Shown here: in pieces, positions 6,521-14,661 of the stretch
Layout of the letters: each line of letters opens with the position of its first letter
How positions within the stretch are numbered: position 1 is the stretch's first letter
Virus record (IMG/VR): IMGVR_UViG_3300044564_000013
Location: 1 to 40,279 of that record
Length of the DNA: 40,279 bases
DNA from: a virus
Direction: 5' to 3' (one strand)
Position numbers and translations under genes: made by a program
Notes under the pieces: generated by a model
The model's database searches: none
The model's input: the letters and a program-made list of their open reading frames with translations, nothing else
Told to the model about the DNA's origin: nothing

Positions 6521-7304
6521 CCTAACCAGCAAGAGATTTGGAAGGCTGTTGGTCGTTGAGCCTGCTGGCAGCAAGAACGGGGCGCGCATGTGGAAGTGCG
6601 CGTGCGATTGCGGAAGCATTGTCTTCAAGAGCACGGAATCGCTTTGTACAAGACACGTCAAGAGCTGCGGTTGCCTTAGAAGAGACGTTATGTCAAAGCT
6701 GCTAACCAAAGACTTGGCTGGCAGGCGCTTCGGGAGACTTACGGTAATCAAGCGAAGCGGAACCTCGAAGTCACACTCAGCTGTCTGGCTGTGCAGATGC
6801 GATTGCGGAAGCACGTGCGAGATTTCGAGCACCTGCCTCATCCATGGACACACGCGGAGTTGCGGTTGCTATGGCATTGAGCGAAGGACAGCCGCATCCG
6901 TTGCCGCGAACAAGACCCACGGCATGTCGAAAGACAGGCTGTACACGGTGTGGTCGAGCATGAAGCAGAGGTGCGGAAACCCCAACGCTCACGAGTACGA
7001 GAACTACGGTGGCCGCGGCATCTCCGTGTGCGACGAATGGAGCAGCAGCTTCGAGGCATTCTGCGAGTGGGCCTACTCGCATGGTTACGACCCGAACGCA
7101 CCAAGGGGCAAATGCACTATCGACCGAATAGACGTTAACGGCAACTACGAGCCGTCGAACTGCCGATTCGTTGACATGAAGGTGCAGTGCCGGAACAGGA
7201 GAGCAAAGTGTACGGAGAGGGAAGGTACTTCAACCTCGTCAGGTGCAAGAGCAACGAAGAGTGGCTTGAGCAAAGGAAGCACGGCATCGGTGGTTCAGAC
7301 GTAG
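6504..7304 (+). CDS. Phage zinc-ribbon-repeat / AP2-like DNA-binding protein; homing-endonuclease-associated family
   Basis: Two copies of the RFGRL-x-V...W-x-C-x-CDCG...SCGC module are followed by YTVWSSMKQRCGNPN...YGGRGISVCDEW...IDRIDVNGNYEPSNCRFV. GC is lower than in the neighbouring genes. The last ~100 nt overlap the exonuclease gene out of frame and encode a low-complexity tail, so the true 3' end is uncertain. Confidence 0.6.
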   Translation: MGAPRDLTSKRFGRLLVVEPAGSKNGARMWKCACDCGSIVFKSTESLCTRHVKSCGCLRRDVMSKLLTKDLAGRRFGRLTVIKRSGTSKSHSAVWLCRCDCGSTCEISSTCLIHGHTRSCGCYGIERRTAASVAANKTHGMSKDRLYTVWSSMKQRCGNPNAHEYENYGGRGISVCDEWSSSFEAFCEWAYSHGYDPNAPRGKCTIDRIDVNGNYEPSNCRFVDMKVQCRNRRAKCTEREGTSTSSGARATKSGLSKGSTASVVQT

Positions 7305-8158
7305 GCGCGGTTATGGGACTCTCGCCATGGAAGACACCGCTTGACGTGTGGCTAGAGAAGACCGGCAGGAGTGAGCCGGAGGACATTTCCAGCAAGCCAT
7401 ACGTCGCGTTCGGCAACGTTATGGAGCCGATGGTGGGTGAATGGTTCAAGTCGCAGCATCCAGACAGAATCGTTCGGAGGGTTAACGCCATTTGCCAGAG
7501 CATCGAGCACCCGTGGATGCAAGCCAGTCTCGATTACGAGCAGAAGTCCGACGCCGGTTGGGGAGTCCTTGAAATCAAGACAGCGAGAAGCAAGAGTGAC
7601 TGGGAGCTTGGGATACCGGTTACGTATCTCTGCCAAGTCAACTTCTATCTTCTCGTGACGCACAGAAGCTACGCGGACGTTGCCGTGTTCTTCCGCGACT
7701 CGTGCGAATACGCAGAGTACCACGTCGAGCGCGACGAGGATGACATCAGGGCGGTGACCGAGGCCGCGACCGACTTCTGGGAGAACTACGTGGTGAGGGA
7801 CGTGATGCCGCAGGTCGTTGGCGCAGACGCCCCGACGCTCGCTGGCCTCATCCCGCAGGACGCGGACGAGCTTGCGACCCCGGCTGACATGGAGGAGGCG
7901 GACCGCCTCATCGCCGCGTACCAGCAGGCCAGGGAGCGCGAGCGAGTGTCCAAGGCCCAGGCCGAGGACGCCCAGGCCAAGCTCTGCGCAATCATCGGCG
8001 GGGCCAAGGGCATCGAGACCGACACGGCCAGGGTCACGTGGACCAGGGGCGAGCGCAGGCGCTTCGACTCAAAGCGGTTCCGCGCGGAGAACGCCGAGCT
8101 ATATGACCAGTACCAGACAACGGGAACCTACCAGCAGTTCAAGGTGAAGGAGATTTAG
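7208..8158 (+). CDS. YqaJ-like (lambda Exo-type) recombination exonuclease
   Basis: GIGGSDVGAVMGLSPWKTPLDVWLEKTG...VLEIKTA...IPVTYLCQVNFYLLVT. An AGGAGAG RBS precedes the GTG at 7208; an alternative GTG lies at 7187. Confidence 0.85.
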   Translation: MYGEGRYFNLVRCKSNEEWLEQRKHGIGGSDVGAVMGLSPWKTPLDVWLEKTGRSEPEDISSKPYVAFGNVMEPMVGEWFKSQHPDRIVRRVNAICQSIEHPWMQASLDYEQKSDAGWGVLEIKTARSKSDWELGIPVTYLCQVNFYLLVTHRSYADVAVFFRDSCEYAEYHVERDEDDIRAVTEAATDFWENYVVRDVMPQVVGADAPTLAGLIPQDADELATPADMEEADRLIAAYQQARERERVSKAQAEDAQAKLCAIIGGAKGIETDTARVTWTRGERRRFDSKRFRAENAELYDQYQTTGTYQQFKVKEI

Positions 8159-8160
8159 AC

Positions 8161-9048
8161 ATGGGACAGCTCGCACAGGCGGCGCAGGGGACCCAGATTC
8201 AGCAGGCAAAGCCGAACGAAATCCTCGCTGCATACGTCACGAGGCCGGACGTGCAGAAGGCCATGAGGGCAGTCATACCGAAGAGCCTCACCCCCGAGCG
8301 CCTGACGCAGATTTGCATCAGCGCGATAAACCAGACGCCGAAGCTCGCGGAGTGCACACCGGCTAGCGTGCTCTCGTGCGTCATGAAGTGCTCGCAGATT
8401 GGGCTTGAGCCGTCGAACGTGGACGGCCTGGGGATGTGCTACATCCTGCCGTACCGCAACAACAAGACCCACGTCATGCAGGCCCAGTTCATCATGGGAT
8501 ACCGTGGCTACATCGAGCTTGCGCGGCGCTCCGGCCAGCTCAAGAGCATCCACGCCCAGGCCGTCTACGAGGGTGACGAGTACGACACGTGGGAGGACGA
8601 GACCGGCCAGCACTTCCGCTTCAAGTCGAACCCCGACGCCAAGCACGAGGACTCGAAGCTCAGGTTCGTCTTCTGCACCGCTCACCTCAACGACGGCGGG
8701 TTCGTGTTCGAGCAGATGAGCAAGCGCGAGGTGGATGACGTGCGCAGGCGCTCCAAGGCGTCACCGAACGGCCCGTGGGTGACCGACTACGAGATGATGG
8801 CGCGCAAGACCGTCATCCGCCGCGCCTCGCGCTACCTGCCGATGAGCACCGAACTTCAGCAGGCCGCAGGCTCTGACGGCACGACGCCGGACTACGGCGC
8901 GGTGCTCAACCCCGTGGTCTCAATCCCAGAGAACGTGGACGCCGAGACCGGCGAGGTCATCGAGCCTGAGCCGGAGGCAGCGCAGGAGGGGGCACCTGAG
9001 ACGGCGCACGTGGAGTTCAACGAGGCACTTGGACTTGAGGAGGACTAG
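8161..9048 (+). CDS. recT: RecT-family single-strand annealing protein
   Basis: CTPASVLSCVMKCSQIGLEPS...CYILPY...AQFIMGYRGYIELARRSG. The gene is adjacent to the YqaJ exonuclease. Confidence 0.85.
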   Translation: MGQLAQAAQGTQIQQAKPNEILAAYVTRPDVQKAMRAVIPKSLTPERLTQICISAINQTPKLAECTPASVLSCVMKCSQIGLEPSNVDGLGMCYILPYRNNKTHVMQAQFIMGYRGYIELARRSGQLKSIHAQAVYEGDEYDTWEDETGQHFRFKSNPDAKHEDSKLRFVFCTAHLNDGGFVFEQMSKREVDDVRRRSKASPNGPWVTDYEMMARKTVIRRASRYLPMSTELQQAAGSDGTTPDYGAVLNPVVSIPENVDAETGEVIEPEPEAAQEGAPETAHVEFNEALGLEED

Positions 9049-9050
9049 CG

Positions 9051-9359
9051 ATGGCAATCCCGGAACTCACGGACGAGCAGCGCAGGGAGAACCTGCGGAG
9101 GGCAGCAGAGGCAAGGCGCGAGAAGGCGGGCTTGCTGCACGCGCTCAAGGACGGCAAGGTGACGCTCGCCGAGGTGCTCGATGACCCGAGGGCGGAGCGC
9201 ATCCGCGTCGATGCACTCATAAGGGCGCTCCCAGGCTACGGGCGCTCACGCTCGGAGAGTCTGATGGCAAAGCTCGGAATCGCCCGCAGCCGCCGCGTAA
9301 GGGGACTCGGCGTGAGGCAGCGCAGGGCGCTCTTGGAGGCGGTTGGCGATGGCAAGTAG
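9051..9359 (+). CDS. mihF: Actinobacterial integration host factor (mIHF) homologue
   Basis: LTDEQRRENLRRAAEARREKA...LKDGKVTLAEVLDD...ALIRALPGYG...RRVRGLGVRQRRALLEAV follows the mIHF pattern along its full length. Confidence 0.8.
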   Translation: MAIPELTDEQRRENLRRAAEARREKAGLLHALKDGKVTLAEVLDDPRAERIRVDALIRALPGYGRSRSESLMAKLGIARSRRVRGLGVRQRRALLEAVGDGK

Positions 9360-9843
9360 CATCAACGTCGTTGCCATATCGGGCAATATCACCCGCGACT
9401 CGGAGCTTAGGCACACGACATCCGGCTCTGCCGTGCTCAACTTTTCGGTTGCCGTGAACTCGCGCCACAAGAACAAGGACGGCGAGTGGGTCGACCGCGC
9501 CAGCTTCATAGACTGCGTGATGTTCGGCCCGCGCGCGGAGGCCCTGGTGCAGTGGCTCACGCGCGGCACGCACGTCGTGGTGGCTGGCGAGCTGCGGCAG
9601 ACGTCCTGGGAGGACGAGAAGGGCAACAAGCACTCACGAACCGAGGTGTCCGTCACCAACGTCGAGTTCCAGAGCAAGTCACGCAACGAGCAGCAGCCAG
9701 CCCAGCCGACGCAAACGGCGCCGCAGTACACGCAACAGCCGGTCGCGTCGGTGCCGCAGCCAGCGGCACCGCAGCAGGCGCTGTACGACGAAGATATCCC
9801 TTTTGATTGGGGCCACACTTATGGAGTACAAGACGTGCAGTAA
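9349..9843 (+). CDS. ssb: Single-stranded DNA-binding protein
   Basis: OB-fold N-terminus is INVVAISGNITRDSELRHTTSGSAVLNFSVAVN...FIDCVMFG. A Q/P-rich linker follows, then the acidic tip DEDIPF plus 12 extra residues. GGAGG RBS before the ATG at 9349. Confidence 0.9.
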   Translation: MASSINVVAISGNITRDSELRHTTSGSAVLNFSVAVNSRHKNKDGEWVDRASFIDCVMFGPRAEALVQWLTRGTHVVVAGELRQTSWEDEKGNKHSRTEVSVTNVEFQSKSRNEQQPAQPTQTAPQYTQQPVASVPQPAAPQQALYDEDIPFDWGHTYGVQDVQ

Positions 9844-10273
9844 GTGTGGCCGAAAACTTCCGGTTACTTCATTCAATTGGAGCAACAGGGCAGAGGGTGA
9901 GAGGCAGGACACATGCAGAGAGTGCTTCTCAAGGTACAACCACGAGAGGTACTTAAGGAAGAGGGCTGAGATTAAGGCAGCTGTTCGCAAGTACAAGGCA
10001 GAGAACCCAGAAACCGTGCTCAAAACGAGGCTTGCGACAAACGCCAAACACCCAACAAAGGTCAACGCAAGGAAGTGTGTCGAGGCCGCAATCAACGCTG
10101 GCGCGTTGAAACGGTCAGACCATTGCTCTGGGTGTGGGTGCAGCAATTCCGAACATCGGATAGAGGCGCACCACAACGATTACTCAAAGCCACTCGATGT
10201 CATCTGGCTGTGCACGCCATGTCACAGGGAAATGGATGCACGGAGGAGAAGGCAGGAAGAAAAAAGCATCTGA
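9821..10273 (+). CDS. HNH endonuclease; free-standing, homing-type
   Basis: CSKCG...CRECF zinc ribbon. The HNH core is EAHHNDYSKPLDVIWLCTPCHREMD. GC is visibly lower than in the flanks. The 5' end overlaps the extended ssb tail. Confidence 0.8.
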   Translation: MEYKTCSKCGRKLPVTSFNWSNRAEGERQDTCRECFSRYNHERYLRKRAEIKAAVRKYKAENPETVLKTRLATNAKHPTKVNARKCVEAAINAGALKRSDHCSGCGCSNSEHRIEAHHNDYSKPLDVIWLCTPCHREMDARRRRQEEKSI

Positions 10274-10346
10274 CCTGCGCAAACACACCGATTCGAAGGT
10301 GGCCGTGCCCGTCATGGGTGCGGCCACCGCTATCAAGGAGGAGCAA

Positions 10347-10778
10347 ATGAGAGTCACGTACACCGGTCGCGAGCCTCGCAAGGCGCACGATGAGGATGCC
10401 GCCTACGACCTCACCGCGTCAATCAACATGCCGAGGGTCATCAACCCATCGCGCTCCGAGACCATCCCGCTGGGGGTGCGCATTATGGTCCCAGAGGGCC
10501 ACGTGGCGCTGGTCGTGCCGCGCTCTGGGCTTGCCTTCAAGCACGGCATCACGCTTCTCAACTCGCCGGGAGTCATCGACCCCGGATACACCGGCGAGGT
10601 CATGGCGAGGCTCGTGAACCTCGGTGACAAGCCATACACAGTCGCGCCAGGTGACCGCGTGGCCCAGCTGCTGCTCGTCAAGTGCAAGCGGGCCGAGTGG
10701 GAGTGGCGAGAGGACGAGTACTTCGACGCCGCAGGGTCGGCTCGTGGCGATGGTGGCTTCGGGTCCACGGGGCGCTAG
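10347..10778 (+). CDS. dut: dUTP diphosphatase (trimeric dUTPase)
   Basis: AAYDL, PRSGLAFKHGI, GVIDPGYTGEV, GDRVAQLLL and the C-terminal RGDGGFGSTG motif. AAGGAGGAG RBS. Confidence 0.9.
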   Translation: MRVTYTGREPRKAHDEDAAYDLTASINMPRVINPSRSETIPLGVRIMVPEGHVALVVPRSGLAFKHGITLLNSPGVIDPGYTGEVMARLVNLGDKPYTVAPGDRVAQLLLVKCKRAEWEWREDEYFDAAGSARGDGGFGSTGR

Positions 10779-10780
10779 GC

Positions 10781-11275
10781 ATGGGCAGAAAGACCTGGAC
10801 CACGTTTGCCGAGGGGCACCTGCGCCACTGGTACGGGGTCAAGCCCACGAGCGAGCTTGCTGCGGAGCTTGGGGTCTCAGAGACCGCGCTGTGGGCCAAG
10901 GCCAGGCGAATGGGCCTCACTGCCGCATCGTACGGAACGAGCGGTGACTGGTTCCCGGACGAGCTTGAGGCCATGCGCGACCTCTACCCGCTCATCGGCA
11001 ACGCGTGCGCACCGCTCTGCGGGCACTCGCCCAGGCAGGTGTCATCGCGCGCCAACTTCGAGAGGGTGCGCCGCGTGAGCGCGAGGCGCTACAAGCCCCC
11101 ACGGAACGACTCACGCAGGAAGGCGGTGACCATGGTCGCGCACTGGTGCGTGGCGCAAGGGGTTCCCGCGAACAGGGCGTTGGAGGCGTGCGCCGAGGCC
11201 GCTGGCTGCACGCCGCAGATGATGAGGCTCGTGCTGCCGCAGCTGGTGGCGGACGAGCGGAGGAGGAAGAGATGA
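10781..11275 (+). CDS. Hypothetical protein with two Myb/SANT-like HTH repeats
   Basis: WTTFAEGHLRHWYGVKPTSELAAELGVSETALWAKARRMGL and WFPDELEAMRDLYP.... The gene starts 2 nt after the dut stop. Confidence 0.6.
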   Translation: MGRKTWTTFAEGHLRHWYGVKPTSELAAELGVSETALWAKARRMGLTAASYGTSGDWFPDELEAMRDLYPLIGNACAPLCGHSPRQVSSRANFERVRRVSARRYKPPRNDSRRKAVTMVAHWCVAQGVPANRALEACAEAAGCTPQMMRLVLPQLVADERRRKR

Positions 11276-11748
11276 GCGAAATCGTAGACATGCTGAGGCT
11301 ATCTGCAGATGACATGGAAAGGAACCCAGGTGTTGCCCAGCGTTTCAGCCCGCAATTTCTGCGAGGACTCGCATGCCGCATAGACGCGGAAATGGCCGAG
11401 CTGCCGCGCGGCAAGGACGGCAAGCCAATCCGCGTGGGGGAGACGGTGTACGGCGAGGACGGCAAGGCGTGGTGCGTGCGCGGCGTCACCATCGGCGAAA
11501 TAACGTGGACCAGCCGATACAGCCGATACGTCATCCGCGTGACGAACGACACGAACGAGTGGCGCCAATTAAAGCCTGAATGGCTGACCCACGAGCGCAC
11601 CGACAGCTTGGAGCGCATCTCGCAGGAGCTGGAAGACATGTCCGAGAACTTCCGCATGACGGACAAAGAGTCGTTCTCTGCGTTGCTTGACTTTGCCGAC
11701 CGTATCCGCAGGCTGGCGAGCAAGGAGGCGTCTGATGGCACCGACTAG
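11272..11748 (+). CDS. Hypothetical protein
   Basis: ATGA overlap with the upstream stop. Composition is phage-like. No motif recognised. Confidence 0.6.
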   Translation: MSEIVDMLRLSADDMERNPGVAQRFSPQFLRGLACRIDAEMAELPRGKDGKPIRVGETVYGEDGKAWCVRGVTIGEITWTSRYSRYVIRVTNDTNEWRQLKPEWLTHERTDSLERISQELEDMSENFRMTDKESFSALLDFADRIRRLASKEASDGTD

Positions 11749-12055
11749 CGACGAGCGCCGCGAGGTGGCGGCGAGGCTGAGGAGGGCGTCTGCCTGCGGA
11801 GAGGGCATCAGCTGCTGCGTCGTCGACAGGGCTCTGGGGCTCAGGTACGACGACGACTACTTCGGGGACGTCTTCGTGTGCGAGAGCGTGCGCGACCTCG
11901 CGGACCTCATAGACCCGACGTGCGAAGCGGCATATGACAATCCGTTCGCGAGCGACTTCAACTACAGGTGCATGGCGTGTGGGGAGCATTTCAGCACGTG
12001 CGGCGAGCCTAAATACTGCCCGGGTTGTGGAGGGAGAATAGAGCATGTCAAATAG
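11735..12055 (+). CDS. Small zinc-ribbon protein, paralogue family 1, copy A
   Basis: AAGGAGG RBS. SDERREVAARLR...LADLIDPTCE...CMACGEHFSTCGEPKYCPGCGG. Confidence 0.7.
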   Translation: MAPTSDERREVAARLRRASACGEGISCCVVDRALGLRYDDDYFGDVFVCESVRDLADLIDPTCEAAYDNPFASDFNYRCMACGEHFSTCGEPKYCPGCGGRIEHVK

Positions 12056-12374
12056 CGACGAGCGGCGCGAGGTGGCGGCGAGGCTGCGCAATGATGGACG
12101 TGCTCTAGATGCGATTGACGCACCGCTCGAGCTTGCGTCACTCACCCTGGATGACGCGCTGGGCATCGACCACATGCGCAGCTGGTGCGATGTGTTCGAG
12201 CGCCTCGCTGACCTCATAGACCCGACGTGCGAGGTAAAGGACGATAACCGCTGGACGAGCGACTTCGCTTACGTTTGCTGCGCTTGCGGAGAGCATTTCA
12301 GCACATGCAACAAGCCCAATTACTGCCCCAACTGCGGAGCCCGCGTGGTCGAGAGGGGCGAGGCTGATGGCTGA
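12045..12374 (+). CDS. Small zinc-ribbon protein, paralogue family 1, copy B
   Basis: SDERREVAARLR...LADLIDPTCE...CCACGEHFSTCNKPNYCPNCGA. The conserved blocks are near-identical to copy A at the DNA level. Confidence 0.7.
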   Translation: MSNSDERREVAARLRNDGRALDAIDAPLELASLTLDDALGIDHMRSWCDVFERLADLIDPTCEVKDDNRWTSDFAYVCCACGEHFSTCNKPNYCPNCGARVVERGEADG

Positions 12375-12561
12375 GTACATCGTGGACACGACGGACGGCA
12401 TCCTGGACGCAAAGACCACGGGCAAGATTGTCCGTTGCAGGGACTGTGTCTATGGCAGGGCAGTCGAGCAGGTTGGCTGCGTGCGCCTCGTGGACAGGGC
12501 AAACCCTGACGGGCTAACTGACCCGGACGGCTACTGCGCCTGGGGCGAGAGAAGGGGATAG
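12367..12561 (+). CDS. Small Cys-rich protein, paralogue family 2, copy A
   Basis: VRCRDCVY...C...DPDGYCAWGERR. It overlaps the upstream stop. Confidence 0.6.
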   Translation: MAEYIVDTTDGILDAKTTGKIVRCRDCVYGRAVEQVGCVRLVDRANPDGLTDPDGYCAWGERRG

Positions 12562-12563
12562 CC

Positions 12564-12719
12564 ATGGACTACAAGGCAATCGCGGACGGCGTCAGCTTCG
12601 CGCTCTCGTACGTCCTGGTGTTCCTGCTTGGCGGGTTCATCGGGTTCCGTGGGGGAGTCAAGACGTTCGAGAAGGCGGTAACGCGCCTCATTGACGAGCT
12701 GGGTGATTCGGATGACTGA
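12564..12719 (+). CDS. 51-aa membrane peptide; below the ORF-track length cutoff
   Basis: Manual translation gives MDYKAIADGVSFALSYVLVFLLGGFIGFRGGVKTFEKAVTRLIDELGDSDD. It has one TM helix. It fills an otherwise empty gap, and its stop overlaps the next ATG (gATGACTGA). Confidence 0.5.
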   Translation: MDYKAIADGVSFALSYVLVFLLGGFIGFRGGVKTFEKAVTRLIDELGDSDD

Positions 12720-12912
12720 TGACGAGAATGCCAGCACTGCCTGGAAGCCATGGAGGCCGGTCAGATGCCGCCATTGCGTGTACTCCACGGGTCCTTACAG
12801 GAACGGAGAGCGCGAGTACATGCTCTGCCACCTTCATGAGTACTTCCGTGGATATGCGTCAAGCATTGAGCCTGATGCCTGGTGCACGCTTGCGGAGAGG
12901 AGGCACGCATGA
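12712..12912 (+). CDS. Small Cys-rich protein, paralogue family 2, copy B
   Basis: VRCRHCVYS...C...EPDAWCTLAERR. Confidence 0.6.
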   Translation: MTDDENASTAWKPWRPVRCRHCVYSTGPYRNGEREYMLCHLHEYFRGYASSIEPDAWCTLAERRHA

Positions 12913-13079
12913 GCGACGATGAAGAGCCTCGCGGACGCTCCTGCGGTGACTGCGACAACCTGCAGTGCTTCGCTGGCACGCCGATATGCGTCTGCACCGG
13001 GAGAGAGACGAGCTTCTTCCACGACGCCACGTACTGCGGCGCATTCGTGAATGAGTGGAGCGACGATGAGGACGATTAG
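12909..13079 (+). CDS. Small Cys-rich acidic protein, paralogue family 2, copy C (divergent)
   Basis: SCGDCDNLQC...CVC...DATYCGAFVNEW. ATGA overlap with the upstream stop. Confidence 0.55.
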   Translation: MSDDEEPRGRSCGDCDNLQCFAGTPICVCTGRETSFFHDATYCGAFVNEWSDDEDD

Positions 13080-13248
13080 GCCACCGAAGGAGATTGACAG
13101 CCTGAGCGACGGCAGGGCGCTGGTGGTGTACGCCAGGAACATCGCTGAGATTGTCTCTAGGTACACCTCCCACACAGAGCAGCACGTGCTTGAGTCAGTC
13201 ATGCGCGTCGTGGGCCACCTGTGCTCGACGGGAGGGGCGAAGAGATGA
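13066..13248 (+). CDS. Hypothetical protein
   Basis: Coupled start and stop codons on both sides. No motif recognised. Confidence 0.5.
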   Translation: MRTIRPPKEIDSLSDGRALVVYARNIAEIVSRYTSHTEQHVLESVMRVVGHLCSTGGAKR

Positions 13249-13955
13249 AAGTCGCGTGGTTCAGTGCGGGCTGCTCTTCTCTTGTTGCCGCGATGCTCTC
13301 GGACCCAGACGAGTGCATCTACATTCACGTCGCCGACCAGCATCCAGACACGTTGCGTTTCGTCAGGGACGCAAGCCGGGTTCTGGGGAAAATTAAGGTG
13401 TTGCGCTCGAATGAGTTCAGCGACGTTCACGACGTGTTGACGCACGTCAGATACATCAACGGCCCTAGTGGCGCCGCATGCACTCTCCGCCTCAAGAAGT
13501 GGGTGAGGCAGGAGTGGGAGAAGGAGCACTGGGGACGCCACACGTACGTGTGGGGGTACGACGTTGAGGAACGGGCGCGTGCCGAGAGGACCATTGCGTC
13601 GATGCCGGAGTTCGACCACGAGTTTCCGCTTATCGAGCGCGGGCTTACCAAGTCAGATTGTCACGCCATGTGCGATGACCTCGGCATACGACGCCCAGCC
13701 ATGTACGACCTCGGATACACGAACAACAACTGCATCGGGTGCGTAAAGGGCGGCATGGGCTATTGGAACAAGATTCGCGAGGACTTCCCTGAAGTGTTCG
13801 CGCAAAGGGCGAAGGACGAGCGCGAGGTTGGACACAGCTGCATCAAGGGGGTCTTCCTCGACGAGCTTGAACCTGGGCGCGGGGTGAACAACCCAGTCGT
13901 ACCAGACTGTTCCCTTGCATGCGCACTCGCAGAATCGCAGATGCACGACGCATAG
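13245..13955 (+). CDS. PP-loop / PAPS-reductase-like protein (adenine nucleotide alpha-hydrolase superfamily)
   Basis: The N-terminal VAWFSAGCSS sits at the position of the SGGxDS PP-loop. The C-terminal Cys cluster is NNCIGCVKGGMGYW. Overall size and layout resemble phage PAPS-reductase-like proteins, but the P-loop is divergent. Confidence 0.5.
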   Translation: MKVAWFSAGCSSLVAAMLSDPDECIYIHVADQHPDTLRFVRDASRVLGKIKVLRSNEFSDVHDVLTHVRYINGPSGAACTLRLKKWVRQEWEKEHWGRHTYVWGYDVEERARAERTIASMPEFDHEFPLIERGLTKSDCHAMCDDLGIRRPAMYDLGYTNNNCIGCVKGGMGYWNKIREDFPEVFAQRAKDEREVGHSCIKGVFLDELEPGRGVNNPVVPDCSLACALAESQMHDA

Positions 13956-13998
13956 CGACCGACATTTTATCCAATTTCATTCGAAGGAGGTGAGTTGT

Positions 13999-14427
13999 TT
14001 GGACCCGCTGGACTCCCCGGAGGTGCAGGACGCATCCATGGCGCCGATGCTCTACTTTCCCCACGATGCCGACAGCGCCACGGACGTGAAGTGCAGGCGC
14101 CTCATCCTGCGGCTCGGCTACGAGGGATACGGCAGGTGGTGGCGCCTCTGCGAGATGATGGCCTCGACCCCCGGCCACGCGGTGCCCTGCGCCACCGAGG
14201 AGGACCGCATGCTACTCTGCGACGAGCTTCGGTGCGACGATGACGAGCTGTCGGCGCTCCTGGACGCGCTCGCGGACTTCGGACTGGTCCCGGCAGACGT
14301 CCTCGCCGAGGGCCGCATAGCCTCGGAGCGTATGACCAAGAACGCGCTCTACTTCGGGAGGCGCAGGGTGAACGGGAAGAAGGGCGGGAACGCGAAGGCG
14401 GAGAGGAACAGGAGGAGAACTGCCTAG
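13999..14427 (+). CDS. Replication-associated protein with a Lin1244/DUF4373-like N-terminal domain
   Basis: MLYFPHDADSATDVKCRRLILRLGYEGYGRWWRLCEMM matches the DUF4373 pattern. An AAGGAGG RBS precedes the TTG at 13999; an alternative ATG lies at 14038. The gene is followed directly by iterons. Confidence 0.65.
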   Translation: MDPLDSPEVQDASMAPMLYFPHDADSATDVKCRRLILRLGYEGYGRWWRLCEMMASTPGHAVPCATEEDRMLLCDELRCDDDELSALLDALADFGLVPADVLAEGRIASERMTKNALYFGRRRVNGKKGGNAKAERNRRRTA

Positions 14428-14440
14428 CCTACCTGCGCGT

Positions 14441-14495
14441 TCTAGCAACGCTTTAGCAACGCCATAGCATCGCTTTAGCGTCGCTCTAGCAACGC
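14441..14495. repeat. Five tandem 11-bp iterons; candidate origin of replication
   Basis: tctagcaacgc, tttagcaacgc, catagcatcgc, tttagcgtcgc and tctagcaacgc run head to tail, followed by an AT-rich stretch at 14496-14560. Confidence 0.8.
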
Positions 14496-14609
14496 CCTAT
14501 CAAGTAATACTGAAACAGATACATAAACAGAAACTAATCCCTTGAAGATAGGTACACGTTGAAGCAACCGTTACCGTGGAAGAGGGGTGTGGGGGGAAAC
14601 CCAAAACGC

Positions 14610-14661
14610 GAATGTTGAAAACTTTTTGGCATTGTTGAAAACTCGCGCGAATGTTGAAAAC
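14610..14661. repeat. Three phased 12-13-bp direct repeats (A)ATGTTGAAAAC, spaced 19-20 bp
   Basis: gaatgttgaaaac (14610), gcattgttgaaaac (14629) and gaatgttgaaaac (14649). In addition the 13-bp repeat ggcctcccattcg occurs at 14672 and 14764. Confidence 0.8.

Noticed and set aside
14441-14495. CRISPR array
   Set aside because: The units are only 11 bp and run head to tail with no spacers. No cas genes are present. Their position after a replication gene fits iterons.
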